This document shows, one piece after another, positions 9,796 through 20,822 of a stretch of 64,000 nucleotides of DNA. Source of the stretch: an uncultured candidate division Zixibacteria bacterium (GTDB lineage Bacteria; Zixibacteria; MSB-5A5; RBG-16-43-9). The position numbers and the translations under genes were made by a program. The stretch is from contig OY970208.1 in NCBI GenBank assembly GCA_963713865.1, positions 256,001-320,000 on the forward strand. The letters are read 5' to 3'. How positions within the stretch are numbered: the stretch's first letter is position 1; every line of letters begins with the position of its first letter. The notes beneath the pieces are model-generated. The model worked only from the letters and a program-made list of their open reading frames with translations. It was not told the origin of the DNA and did no database searches.

Positions 9796-11169
9796 ATGCC
9801 CATAATCTACCGCTATATTTTAAAAGAACATATCGGACCTTTTTTCTTTGGCCTGGCTACGATTACCTTTGTTTTGATTATGGATTTCCTTTTAGAGCTT
9901 ATTAATCTGATCATAGGGAAAGGAGTAAGCCTTTTAACTGTATTTCACGTATTCGTATTGAATTTAGCCTGGATGTTTGCTCTATCTATACCTATGGCGG
10001 TCTTTGTCTCCACCCTTATGGCTTTTGGAAGGCTTTCTCAGGACAACGAGATCACCGCTCTGAAATCCTCAGGAGTGAGCCTTTATCGAATCGTCTTTTC
10101 CCCTCTTATTTTCTCTTTTGTCTTAGCTTTTGGCTTGATCCTTTTTAATGATAAAGTTCTACCGGAAGCTAACCATAAAGCGCGGATACTTATGTCAGAC
10201 ATACATCAAAAAAAGCCAACTTTAAGCTTGAAAGAGAACCTTTTTATAGATGATATACCTGGTTATCATCTTTTGATCAAGAAAGTAAACCCCAAAACTA
10301 ACGAGATCTCAGGGATTACTATCTACGAAAAAAAAGAAGGCCTTTTCCCTCGAACCATCTTAGCCCAGAAGGGAAAAATAGAATTTTCCGAGGATAAAAA
10401 CACCTTGATCTTCCGTTTGGAAAAAGGTGAGGTACATGAGGTGGATGAAAAGGAGCCAGGCCGTTACCAGCGGATAAGTTTTGAAAAACAGACACTCTTT
10501 ATTCCGGATGTGGGGAATAGATTTATCCAGAGCAGATCTGATTATCGTACTGACCGGGAGATGACCCTCAAGATGATGCTGGATCAGGTTAAGATGATTG
10601 AAAAGAATATGGAAATCGAAAAGGTAAATCTAAATAAACTGTCAGAACAAAAAATCTCCGAGGTTTTTCAAAGCAGCACTCTTTCATCTTCAAATCCTGC
10701 CTTTAAAACAGAAAAGGATTTATTAGCCTACCTTTTTCTAGCCAATCAGAGACTTTTTTACCAGCTGCAGATGGAAAATCAGAACCTCTCTTTTCAGATG
10801 AAAGATAAAAACTCATATCTAGTAGAGGTGCATAAGAAATATTCACTCCCCTTTGCCTGTGTGGTCTTTGTCTTGATTGGCGCCCCCTTAGGTATTATGG
10901 CTCGTCGGGGGAGTATGGCAGTTGGACTGGGGCTATCCCTGCTTTTTTTCCTGTTGTACTGGGCTTTTCTTATCGGAGGTGAGGAGTTAGCTGATCGGAT
11001 GTATATCTCGGCTTTTTGGGCAATGTGGTCAGCCAATATTCTTTTAGCTTTAGCTGGAGGTTACATTCTGATAAGATCAAGTAAAGAAGCCACCTTTATC
11101 TCCTGGAAATGGACTGAGAAACTTATCCCGAAAAGATTTCGAAAAGTTATGTTCGAAATTGATTCTTAA
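9796..11169 (+). CDS. lptF: LPS export ABC transporter permease LptF
   Basis: YRYILKE start, FGRLSQDNEITALKSSGVS, VEVHKKYSLPFAC; paired with an LptG-like gene. Confidence 0.88.
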   Translation: MPIIYRYILKEHIGPFFFGLATITFVLIMDFLLELINLIIGKGVSLLTVFHVFVLNLAWMFALSIPMAVFVSTLMAFGRLSQDNEITALKSSGVSLYRIVFSPLIFSFVLAFGLILFNDKVLPEANHKARILMSDIHQKKPTLSLKENLFIDDIPGYHLLIKKVNPKTNEISGITIYEKKEGLFPRTILAQKGKIEFSEDKNTLIFRLEKGEVHEVDEKEPGRYQRISFEKQTLFIPDVGNRFIQSRSDYRTDREMTLKMMLDQVKMIEKNMEIEKVNLNKLSEQKISEVFQSSTLSSSNPAFKTEKDLLAYLFLANQRLFYQLQMENQNLSFQMKDKNSYLVEVHKKYSLPFACVVFVLIGAPLGIMARRGSMAVGLGLSLLFFLLYWAFLIGGEELADRMYISAFWAMWSANILLALAGGYILIRSSKEATFISWKWTEKLIPKRFRKVMFEIDS

Positions 11170-11223
11170 ATGAGAAAAAAGTTTTGAAGTGTAAACCTTT
11201 AGGGAGTGTTGAAAAACCCATAC

Positions 11224-11323
11224 TGTCATTCTGAGAGAGTCCGCTTTTGGCGTGACGACCGAAGAATCTCTTTTATTAATATGTAGATTCTTCATTCTGC
11301 CTTTGGCAGAACTCAGAATGACA
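11224..11323. repeat. 100-bp palindromic miniature element TGTCATTCTGAG...GAAGAATCT...AGATTCTTC...CTCAGAATGACA
   Basis: Perfect 12-bp terminal inverted repeat, internal 9-bp inverted repeat, nested TCTGCC-ttt-GGCAGA hairpin. Confidence 0.8.
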
Positions 11324-11341
11324 CTCTAAAAAACTTTCAAT

Positions 11342-12427
11342 ATGCAGATTTTAAACCGATACCTTTTAAAACAGTTCTTCTCGGTTCTTCTTTTTGCCAT
11401 TCTCTCTTTCTGGATTATCTTCTTGATAGTTGATCTGGTGGAACATATCGACACCTTCATTGATAGACAAGCAGCTCCAGATGCGGTCATAAGATATTAT
11501 CTTTATTATTCCCCTTATATTTTAGTTCTGGTTTCCCCTATCGCCATGCTTTTATCTTCTCTTTTCTCCCTGGGTCTTTTAGCCCGACAGAATGAGCTTT
11601 TAGCTATGAAATCCTCAGGCATAAGTCTATACCGGATTCTCCTCCCTCTTTTAGGATTAGCCTTGGGTATAAGTATTTTAGTAACGCTGGCTGGAAATTT
11701 CTTAATCCCTTACACTAACCAGAAGAGCTTAAAAATCCGTGCCCAGGAAATAGAGAAAAAAAATAAAGGTATGGAAATCTCCTTCAACGATATCTATCTG
11801 CAGACAGAAAATCAACAGATCATTTATCTTAATCATTATAACAGCCAGAAAAAAACTGGCGAGGGGGTATTATTTCAGACCTTCAAGAGTGACCGCATCA
11901 AAGAAGAAATCCTTGCAGAAAAAATTATCAGGCAGGATAACGGCTGGCTATTTTTAAAGGGAAGTTATCGGATTTTTTCAGATTCCTCCTCTTCTTCTGA
12001 AAAGTATGAACAGTTCGAACACATGCTACGTTTGGATTTAAAGCTCAAACCAGAGGCATTAACCAAAGAGCAAAAACTCCCGGAAGAGATGAGCTATAAG
12101 GAACTCAAAAATTATGTCAGGCTAAAGCAAAAGACTGGACAGGATACAGCTAAGGAAAAAACAGACCTCTATATGAAAATCTCCTTCCCTTTAGCTAATC
12201 TTATCATAGTTTTATTCGGATGCACACTGGCAACCAGCCCGCGCCGATCCGGCTTAGCCTTAAGCTTTGCCATCAGTTTAGGGATAAGCTTTATCTATTA
12301 TACCTTTTTAAGACTCGGACAATCATTTGGCTACTCCCATAAACTACCACCCCTTTTGGCCGCCTGGATATCCAATATTGTATTTGGAGTAATAGGGCTA
12401 TTACTTTTAATCAAAGCGAAAAAATGA
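11342..12427 (+). CDS. lptG: LPS export ABC transporter permease LptG
   Basis: ILNRYLLKQF, LARQNELLAMKSSGISLYR, LPPLLAAWISN. Confidence 0.88.
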   Translation: MQILNRYLLKQFFSVLLFAILSFWIIFLIVDLVEHIDTFIDRQAAPDAVIRYYLYYSPYILVLVSPIAMLLSSLFSLGLLARQNELLAMKSSGISLYRILLPLLGLALGISILVTLAGNFLIPYTNQKSLKIRAQEIEKKNKGMEISFNDIYLQTENQQIIYLNHYNSQKKTGEGVLFQTFKSDRIKEEILAEKIIRQDNGWLFLKGSYRIFSDSSSSSEKYEQFEHMLRLDLKLKPEALTKEQKLPEEMSYKELKNYVRLKQKTGQDTAKEKTDLYMKISFPLANLIIVLFGCTLATSPRRSGLALSFAISLGISFIYYTFLRLGQSFGYSHKLPPLLAAWISNIVFGVIGLLLLIKAKK

Positions 12428-12429
12428 AG

Positions 12430-12457
12430 GTAGGGGCGTATTGCAATACGCCCCTAC
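12430..12457. repeat. REP-like palindrome GTAGGGGCGTATTGCAATACGCCCCTAC (may double as terminator)
   Basis: Perfect 28-bp palindrome with GTAG ends; related copy at 37791-37817. Confidence 0.8.
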
Positions 12458-12566
12458 GAAAACCTCACAGTCGAATTTGACCTTGAGGCTGATTGTCTTG
12501 ATTAAGCTGATAAATCTGCTTTGAAAATCCGTTTAATCTGTCTAATCTGTTGTGAATTTTATTAAC

Positions 12567-14165
12567 CTATTTCAACAGCACCAACCTCTTCGCCTCAGAA
12601 TAATCTCCAATTTTCAATCGATAAAAATAAATCCCTGAACTAACTTCTTTCCCTGAATCATCCTTACTATCCCAAAACATAGACTTATAACCTGAATTTA
12701 GATTTTCAGAAACTAAGGTTTTTATCCTTCTTCCCAGAAGATCATAGATGGTTAAGTTAACAAAACCAGACTGCGACAGAGTAAATTCTATTTTGGTGGA
12801 TTGGTTAAATGGATTGGGATAGTTCTGTGAAAGAGTAAATTCTGAGGGTTTTTCTCTACTCCCAGTTTCATCCTTTACATCAGTGAATTTAAGGTACTTT
12901 ATGGTGGTATAGTCCCAATCTATCCCACTGTAACTTTCACCAGTTACATAGACATTGCAGAATTTGTCAACTAATATAGAATTAGCCCAATCCGAGCCAT
13001 TTCCCTGTCCGTTGTACCTATCAACCCACAGCGTTCCCCCGTCAGGCTTATACCCGATTGTAACGTAATCGTAATCAGAACCGAAACCAACGCTATACCC
13101 AGTCACATAAGCGTTGCCACTTGAATCTACTGCAATAGCATAAGCCTTATCCTGATCATTCGCAGGTCCATTGTATCTTCTAACCCAAGCTACATCACCG
13201 TTTGGATAGTACTTTACTGTAGCATAGTCTCTATATCCATTCTCATTGTAGCTTCTACCGGTTACAAATACATTATAGAATTTATCAACAGCAAGATCAT
13301 AAGCATTTTCGTCATTATTAGCTATGTCGTAGTTGTATGTTCTTACCCAAACCAGATCTCCATTTGCCTTGTACTTTCTACTACAATAATCACACCCTGT
13401 TAGGATAGTACAACTGTCTCCAACTACATAAACATACCCACTATCATCTACCCCTATACCTTCACAGTCACAGGAGCTGTCAGCTACTGTCCAAACTGTA
13501 TCTCCGAGGCCTGTATACTTTATGATTACACACCCATTTACTGTGGTTCCAATTATATATACATATCCACTATCATCTAATGCTATCGGGGTCCCGTAAT
13601 ATGGAGGAGAATTTGCTCCACTGTATCTTCTCACCCAAGCTGTGTCACCATTTGAAGAATACTTTATGGTCACTAAGTCGTCCAGTGTTTCACCTGTCAC
13701 ATAGAGGTTTTCATTCTTGTCAACAAGGAGGTCACGTGCAAAATTCCAGAGACCTGTCCCATACTTTCTTGTCCAAAGAGTATCACCGTTTTTGTCATAG
13801 CAAATAGTAATCCATACATCTTCTTGTGCTCCTTGATCAAAGCTTGAACCCGTCACATAAACATTCCCGCTTTTGCTTACTGCTATTGCAAAAGCTTCAT
13901 CTGACGCTCTGTTGTATAATCTTACCCAAGCGGTATCTCCATTGGAATAATATTTGATTGTAGCATAGTCTTTGTTTGGCCCTGTACTGTAGCTATATCC
14001 GGTCACATATACATATCCGCTATCATCCACTGCTATGTCATTAGCACAGTCATCCGAGTTTGCTGATCCGTTGTATATTCTCACCCAGGCAGTGTCAACG
14101 GTTTGACTAAATGCAGGGATACTTCCCAAAAGTAAAATCACCAAAATGAGTAGCTTTTTGATCAT
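12567..14165 (-). CDS. SBBP-repeat beta-propeller protein with T9SS type A sorting domain
   Basis: About seven repeats of IAVD.SG.VYVTG.S......DY.TIKY...GD..WVR.Y; C-terminal QNYPNPFN domain. Confidence 0.88.
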   Translation of the reverse strand: MIKKLLILVILLLGSIPAFSQTVDTAWVRIYNGSANSDDCANDIAVDDSGYVYVTGYSYSTGPNKDYATIKYYSNGDTAWVRLYNRASDEAFAIAVSKSGNVYVTGSSFDQGAQEDVWITICYDKNGDTLWTRKYGTGLWNFARDLLVDKNENLYVTGETLDDLVTIKYSSNGDTAWVRRYSGANSPPYYGTPIALDDSGYVYIIGTTVNGCVIIKYTGLGDTVWTVADSSCDCEGIGVDDSGYVYVVGDSCTILTGCDYCSRKYKANGDLVWVRTYNYDIANNDENAYDLAVDKFYNVFVTGRSYNENGYRDYATVKYYPNGDVAWVRRYNGPANDQDKAYAIAVDSSGNAYVTGYSVGFGSDYDYVTIGYKPDGGTLWVDRYNGQGNGSDWANSILVDKFCNVYVTGESYSGIDWDYTTIKYLKFTDVKDETGSREKPSEFTLSQNYPNPFNQSTKIEFTLSQSGFVNLTIYDLLGRRIKTLVSENLNSGYKSMFWDSKDDSGKEVSSGIYFYRLKIGDYSEAKRLVLLK

Positions 14166-14331
14166 CTTACCTCCTTTTTAAGTTTTAAGTTTTCGTTTTT
14201 GTGAGCTAATCAAATATTGCGATTCTTATTACTAAGTATATCTCCCTCACTTTTTTGTCAAGTGGAAAATTTAGAATTTCATAGCTACATTTAGAAATAA
14301 GATTTACAGAACTAATTCAGCTCCGCTTAAG

Positions 14332-14450
14332 AATGTAGTGGAAGGCTTCAGCCTTCCATTTTTCATAAACATGGAGGTCTGAAGACCGCCGCTACATTTT
14401 CTTAAACCTGCGGAAATCTCAAAAAAGAGACGCATTCTATGCGTCTCTAC
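14332..14450. repeat. REP-like cluster: GTAG...CTAC doublet (14334-14396) and GAGACGCA-ttcta-TGCGTCTCTAC (14427-14450)
   Basis: GGAAGGC-ttca-GCCTTCC and GGTC-tgaa-GACC hairpins enclosed by TGTAG/CTACA. Confidence 0.7.
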
Positions 14451-14517
14451 AAAAGACAAAAACGCCTGACACCGTAGTCGGGCATTACGTTTTTACTTTA
14501 AACTTTTGAACCTTTTT

Positions 14518-15857
<1,340 letters not shown>

Positions 15858-15871
15858 CTTCTTATAAGTCC

Positions 15872-16210
15872 CTAAAGCATCTTTCCAATTTCTTCGACTG
15901 AATCACTCAACTCGCAATTATCCTGGATATAATTTAAATCTTTTGCTAGAATCAGATAATAACGTAGTTCTTCAAGAGAGCTCTGTGCAATATTGTAGAA
16001 ATTAGATTTATCTTTTAATGTTCTTTTCTTAAAGCCTTCAGCTAAGTTAGCCGGTATCGAAACCACCGCTCGTCGCATCTGGGAAACTAATCCGAATTTT
16101 TCCTCTTTTGGGAAATTTCTTGTGAGATTATACACTTTTAACACCAGTGCATGAGCCCTTTTCCAAACTTCCAGATCCTCAAATCTCTCTGCTCTGACTA
16201 GTTTACTCAT
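15872..16210 (-). CDS. Four-helix-bundle protein (23S rRNA IVS protein/bAvd-like); frame continues past TAG to a second stop at 15848
   Basis: FEDLEVWKRA, FPKEEKFGLVSQMRRA..SIPANLAEG, SLEELRYYL. Confidence 0.9.
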   Translation of the reverse strand: MSKLVRAERFEDLEVWKRAHALVLKVYNLTRNFPKEEKFGLVSQMRRAVVSIPANLAEGFKKRTLKDKSNFYNIAQSSLEELRYYLILAKDLNYIQDNCELSDSVEEIGKML

Positions 16211-16226
16211 AACTATTGTCCACTCC

Positions 16227-16292
16227 CTATCTACTGTATGCTACCTACTGTCTACTTTTTTCCCCTGTCTACTGTATACTGTCTACTGTCTA
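16227..16292. repeat. Two arrays of four 7-mers (CTGTCTA consensus) between metK and the four-helix-bundle gene
   Basis: ctatcta-ctgtatg-ctaccta-ctgtcta and ctgtcta-ctgtata-ctgtcta-ctgtcta. Confidence 0.8.
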
Positions 16293-16298
16293 CCTATT

Positions 16299-17459
16299 TT
16301 ACGCGTCTCTTTTCAAATCTTCCACTTTATCCAGCCTTTCCCAGGTAAACTCCGGCTCAGTTCTACCAAAGTGTCCATAAGCTGCTGTCTTTAAATAGAT
16401 CGGCCTTCTTAAATCTAACATCTCAATCATCCCCTTAGGCGTAAGTTGAAAATGTTTCTTGATCAGCCTGACCAGGTTAGATTCGGGGACCTTACCAGTT
16501 CCATAAGTATCCACCATTACCGAAACCGGGTCTACAACTCCTATAGCATAAGCTAATTGTACCGCACATTTCTGAGCCAATCCAGCTCCCACAATATTCT
16601 TGGCAATATATCTTACCATATAGGAAGCTGACCGGTCCACCTTGGTTGGATCTTTTCCGGAGAAAGCACCACCACCATGCGGAGCCATCCCCCCGTAAGT
16701 ATCCACGATGATTTTTCGACCGGTCATACCGGTATCTGATTGGGGACCACCGATGACAAATTTACCAGTGGGATTAACCAGATATACAGTATTCTCATCC
16801 GCTAAATTTCCAACAACCGGTTTAACAATATTTTCGATAATTTCCTCCCTGGCTTTATCCGATATTTTTTTGCCGGTTTCATCCAGGATCTCCTCAGTAT
16901 GCTGTGAGGACAAGACCACGCAGTCAACTCTACAGGGTTTCCCGTACCGATATTCCACAGTCACCTGGGATTTACCATCCGGTCCTAAGTAATCCAGAAT
17001 TTTCTTCTTCCTTATCTCAGCCTGTTTCTGACAGAGTTTATGAGCTAAAGATATCGGAAGAGGCATTAGTTCAGGAGTCTCATCACAGGCATACCCCACC
17101 ATCAATCCCTGATCCCCTGCACCACCTATATCTACACCCTGAGCGATATCCGGGGATTGGGACCCGATCGCATTCAGCACCGCACAGGTCTCATAATTGA
17201 ATCCGTATTTAGAATGAGTGTACCCAATATCTCTAATCAGATTTCTGGTCAACCCAGCAATATCCACATACCCGGAGGTGGTGATCTCTCCTCCTATTAT
17301 GACCAGTCCAATTGTGATAAAAGTCTCGCAGGCTACCCGTCCCAAAGGGTCCTGTCTTATTACCTCGTCTAAAACCGCATCTGAGATCTGGTCGCAAACT
17401 TTATCCGGATGACCCTCAGTTACTGATTCCGAAGTAAAGAAAAATATTTTATCATCCAT
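16299..17459 (-). CDS. metK: Methionine adenosyltransferase
   Basis: [35 protein letters not shown]. Confidence 0.98.
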   Translation of the reverse strand: MDDKIFFFTSESVTEGHPDKVCDQISDAVLDEVIRQDPLGRVACETFITIGLVIIGGEITTSGYVDIAGLTRNLIRDIGYTHSKYGFNYETCAVLNAIGSQSPDIAQGVDIGGAGDQGLMVGYACDETPELMPLPISLAHKLCQKQAEIRKKKILDYLGPDGKSQVTVEYRYGKPCRVDCVVLSSQHTEEILDETGKKISDKAREEIIENIVKPVVGNLADENTVYLVNPTGKFVIGGPQSDTGMTGRKIIVDTYGGMAPHGGGAFSGKDPTKVDRSASYMVRYIAKNIVGAGLAQKCAVQLAYAIGVVDPVSVMVDTYGTGKVPESNLVRLIKKHFQLTPKGMIEMLDLRRPIYLKTAAYGHFGRTEPEFTWERLDKVEDLKRDA

Positions 17460-17525
17460 CTTTCGTCCTTTCTTTTTATTTATTTATCTATCTTTCCTGT
17501 CTATTCTCTACTATCTACTTTTTTA

Positions 17526-18503
17526 TTAATCCAGCCCCACTTCAGACGAGTCTCCGACATTCAACTTCTGAAATTTCCCCAGAACCTGAGAATTATCACC
17601 GACTAAAGAAGAATCTAATAAGCAGTAATTTACTTCTGATTTCTCGCCTAAAATAGAGTTTTTTATAACTGAATGGCGAATAACCGCATTATTGCCAACT
17701 GAGACATTAGGTCCAACAATTGAGTTTTCTACTTTACAACTTTTGGGTATGAAAACTGGAGGAATAATTACACTCCCTTTTATTTCCCTGGTTTTTTTTA
17801 ACTTCGAAAGAAGGTGACGGTTAGTTTCTAAAAGGGTCTCCGGTTTTCCGCAATCATACCACCCTTCCACATCGAAAGTTGAAAATTTAACTCCCCTCTC
17901 GATCATCAATTGCAAAGCATCCGTGAGCTGGTATTCTCCTTGAGTCCGGATGTTTTTTACCATCATATCCCAGAGTGCCCTTTTCAAAAGCTGTCCACGT
18001 CTGACATAGTAAACACCGACTAAAGCTTTTTTACTTGTAGGTTTTTCCGGCTTCTCGATTAATTTCCTGGCAAATCCATCCTCCAGTTCAGCTATCCCGA
18101 ATCTTTTTGGATCTTCAACTTCTTTTATCCCCAAAGCATCACACCCCTTCCTGATAACTGGTTTCAGGTCCATCTCAAACACCGTATCTCCCAGGATGAT
18201 CAGAACCGGTTCCTCTGCCTTTACTCTTCTGGCACCTAAATATACCGCATACCCCAGCCCTTTCAACTTTTTCTGTTTTACAAAGGAAGATTTGAATTTA
18301 TAATTTTTCCTTATGTACTCCACGATCTTCTCTCCCATAAACCCGATAACGAAAATTACCTCATTTATCTCCAAGCCCTTTAACCCGTCTAAAACATGCC
18401 CCAGAATCGGCTTCCCCGCCATCTGCAACAAAACCTTGGGAGCGGTATGGGTTAAAGGCCTTAATCTGGAGCCAATTCCCGCTACTGGAATAATCACTTT
18501 CAT
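17526..18503 (-). CDS. Sugar-1-phosphate nucleotidyltransferase (long-form glucose-1-phosphate thymidylyltransferase-like)
   Basis: VAGIGSRLRPLT, EKP, GEYQLTDAL, WYDCG, C-terminal left-handed beta-helix. Confidence 0.85.
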   Translation of the reverse strand: MKVIIPVAGIGSRLRPLTHTAPKVLLQMAGKPILGHVLDGLKGLEINEVIFVIGFMGEKIVEYIRKNYKFKSSFVKQKKLKGLGYAVYLGARRVKAEEPVLIILGDTVFEMDLKPVIRKGCDALGIKEVEDPKRFGIAELEDGFARKLIEKPEKPTSKKALVGVYYVRRGQLLKRALWDMMVKNIRTQGEYQLTDALQLMIERGVKFSTFDVEGWYDCGKPETLLETNRHLLSKLKKTREIKGSVIIPPVFIPKSCKVENSIVGPNVSVGNNAVIRHSVIKNSILGEKSEVNYCLLDSSLVGDNSQVLGKFQKLNVGDSSEVGLD

Positions 18504-18519
18504 ATTTTTAAAATAATCT

Positions 18520-19125
18520 TTATTTAATAATATGCAACCAGTTTGTTAAAAGAAATTGAGTTCTTCCGATTAATAATGAGACCCGCGCCATTACTGTATA
18601 TCCAAAGGAAGCACCAAAGGAGATCATAATAAACCAGATCCCGACCCGAGCTACGAAACCTAATGCTCCTTTATGCTCTTTCGAAAAATAGAAATATATG
18701 ATGGTAGAAACAACCCCAATCACCATAACTATACCACCAAGAGTAGTCAAGTTTAAAAATGTGCTCCTCACTTGAGGTAAGACCATTCCGTGTAACTGTT
18801 GGATTATAGTTATCCCTGCGGTGTTCCCTACTACAAATGCTAAAGACAGCCTGGAAAGCCAGGAGATTTTAGAGATAAAACGGGTAAACATCAATACTCC
18901 CAGGATACCGGGTATTATCAAAAGATATTGACCTTCCTTGATCAATGGCGACCAGAGTTGTTGTTTGATAACCGAATGCCAGATCAAGCCCACATAATAA
19001 CCGGCAGAGATTCCAGCAAAAATATGTTCAGCTAATTTATAAAAAAGGTTATCCTTATACAAAAAACTATATAGAGATAAGGTTAGAAAAGCGGCTACTG
19101 TTACCCCGAAAAACTCCCAGCTCAT
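18520..19125 (-). CDS. Uncharacterised multi-pass membrane protein (four-gene cluster, gene 4)
   Basis: About six hydrophobic segments; YSFLYKDN..YK.AEH; overlaps the upstream gene by 4 nt. Confidence 0.75.
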   Translation of the reverse strand: MSWEFFGVTVAAFLTLSLYSFLYKDNLFYKLAEHIFAGISAGYYVGLIWHSVIKQQLWSPLIKEGQYLLIIPGILGVLMFTRFISKISWLSRLSLAFVVGNTAGITIIQQLHGMVLPQVRSTFLNLTTLGGIVMVIGVVSTIIYFYFSKEHKGALGFVARVGIWFIMISFGASFGYTVMARVSLLIGRTQFLLTNWLHIIK

Positions 19126-19964
19126 TTTAATCCCCCTTTTTTCCGGGTGACGAAATACCCTATATTGCCTAAGATCACAAAAAATATGATTAAAAAATGG
19201 ATAATCGATTGAGGATCCATTCCCCGCATAGCTTTTCCATAGTTCAAAGAAAGCTTTTCATATTCAGCCGCACCTTTCATCCCTCCTAAAAGACCGACCA
19301 TCTGGTTGGTCTGTAAATAAGAATAACATTTCGGAGCCATAACCGCAGTCACCCCTGCACCCATTGGAGTCCCGAATTGAGCATTAACCAGAGAAACCCA
19401 GTAGTCCACAGTGGCATTGTCCGAGACCACAAAGATAAAATCCACATTCTTGTAATTTTTTACTCGTTGCATCAAAGGAAGACTATCTAACTTATTATTA
19501 TAAGCATCCATCGGAAAGATATCCTCAATTTTCCTGCCCATACCCAAAAGCACTGCTTGATAACCATATTTATAACCTAAATTGACATAATCGACTCCGT
19601 ATTTCTTATCATATTCCCTGGCAACATTTTTAACCACATTCTCCATCACCGAAAGTGCTCCCAAGGGGATAGTGGTAACAGTGATAACTTTAATATTTCT
19701 TCTGAAGAGATGCCTTAAAGCTGCATAAGACATCGGCTCAGTCTCAGGCAGGGTAGAAGGGTAGTAATCGAAAGTTAAAAGGACCACTGAACCCTCTTTC
19801 AGGCTCTCGACTTTATCGTACAAGTTTTTAGAAGGCTGGGTAACCCCCAAAGGCAAACCTAAGGGGAAAATGAGAGGCAGAATCACTGCTATCCCGATCA
19901 AAAGGAAGATATATCTTCTGTCTATATCTTTTAGCTGTGAAAATATTTTAAAAAAAGAGTTCAT
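19122..19964 (-). CDS. Uncharacterised membrane-anchored alpha/beta protein (four-gene cluster, gene 3)
   Basis: N- and C-terminal TM helices; YGVDYVNLGY, GLLGGMKGAAEYE. Confidence 0.75.
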   Translation of the reverse strand: MNSFFKIFSQLKDIDRRYIFLLIGIAVILPLIFPLGLPLGVTQPSKNLYDKVESLKEGSVVLLTFDYYPSTLPETEPMSYAALRHLFRRNIKVITVTTIPLGALSVMENVVKNVAREYDKKYGVDYVNLGYKYGYQAVLLGMGRKIEDIFPMDAYNNKLDSLPLMQRVKNYKNVDFIFVVSDNATVDYWVSLVNAQFGTPMGAGVTAVMAPKCYSYLQTNQMVGLLGGMKGAAEYEKLSLNYGKAMRGMDPQSIIHFLIIFFVILGNIGYFVTRKKGGLK

Positions 19965-20066
19965 AGAATTTGGAATATAAAGCTTTAGCTTTATCCTGGT
20001 AAACCTGTCCTGGTAACGGAGATTATGTTTGGTGTAGCCACCGTAGGAAAGGTTTATACTCTAGTC

Positions 20067-20414
20067 TTATTTCTCCTTTCTGAAACTATCTAACGCTTCC
20101 TCCAGGCTCGAATAGGTTTCAAAGATCTGATACAAACGGGTTACCTCAAGTATCTTTTTCACCTCCAGACCAGGATTAGCCAGTTTTATACCACCGCCTG
20201 ACTTTTTGAATTTCTGGTTATACCCTAAAAGAGTAGATATAAAAGCAGAATAGATAAGCTCGGTCTTGGAAAAATTTATTACCACCCTGGATATACCTGA
20301 AGACTGTACTTCAGCCAGTTTATCCTCTAACTCCTTAATCTCATCCCCGGTAAGAAATTTCTCCAGAGGTTCAATTACCACTATATCCTCAAATTTATAA
20401 CTTTTTACTTTCAT
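20067..20414 (-). CDS. STAS-domain anti-sigma factor antagonist
   Basis: VVINFSKTELIYSAFIS...GGIKLAN...VKKILEVTRL..IF...SLEEAL; ATG at 20414 follows GGAG (ORF track start 20438). Confidence 0.85.
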   Translation of the reverse strand: MKVKSYKFEDIVVIEPLEKFLTGDEIKELEDKLAEVQSSGISRVVINFSKTELIYSAFISTLLGYNQKFKKSGGGIKLANPGLEVKKILEVTRLYQIFETYSSLEEALDSFRKEK

Positions 20415-20543
20415 CTGCACTCCGTCCCCGTAGGTCAACCAATACCGCCTTTGGTGGAATGGTTGACAATTCTGTTAAATTATACTGTAGTTGCCTATCA
20501 TTTGAAACTAAGTCTACTCTATTTCTCATATCTAAATAATTAT

Positions 20544-20822
20544 TTAACCCAATCCAAGAATTTGATTTCTTAATTTTATTAGGTCATCAGATATTGCCTC
20601 TTCAGTAGAGATATTTAAATAATATTTGTTATAGATTCTCTCTTGAAAAACAAGGGCACTTAGCGAGCAATTACATAGTATAAAATCTAAAGCTTCCTCA
20701 TATTCAAAATCATTACTCAAAAGCAATCTAAAAAGATTATCGAAAGTGAATCTATCATAGACTTCGGAGTATTCTTTTATGTATTCTCCTAAGTGTTCTG
20801 CAAAATCTTTCTTGTAATCCAT
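20544..20822 (-). CDS. Small acidic hypothetical protein coupled to the putative nuclease gene
   Basis: 92-aa ORF whose ATG overlaps the upstream stop; AT-rich island. Confidence 0.65.
   Translation of the reverse strand: MDYKKDFAEHLGEYIKEYSEVYDRFTFDNLFRLLLSNDFEYEEALDFILCNCSLSALVFQERIYNKYYLNISTEEAISDDLIKLRNQILGLG

Noticed and set aside
11077-11295. 72-aa ORF here and the 66-aa and 81-aa ORFs at 51052..51340
   Set aside because: They are read through palindromic repeat elements and overlap neighbouring genes.
12525-12551. Degenerate 9-mer repeats (aatccgttt-aatctgtct-aatctgttg), also near 19993-20014
   Set aside because: Only two or three degenerate units with no associated gene; too weak to report as a feature.
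15872-15874. Genome-wide TAG recoding
   Set aside because: TAG ends several intact genes at their expected C-termini (e.g. 6495, 8158, 12567, 49952); only one internal case was seen.
17460-17525. SAM or SAH riboswitch for metK/ahcY
   Set aside because: The intergenic regions are short and filled with A/T runs and heptamer repeats; no aptamer core is recognisable.
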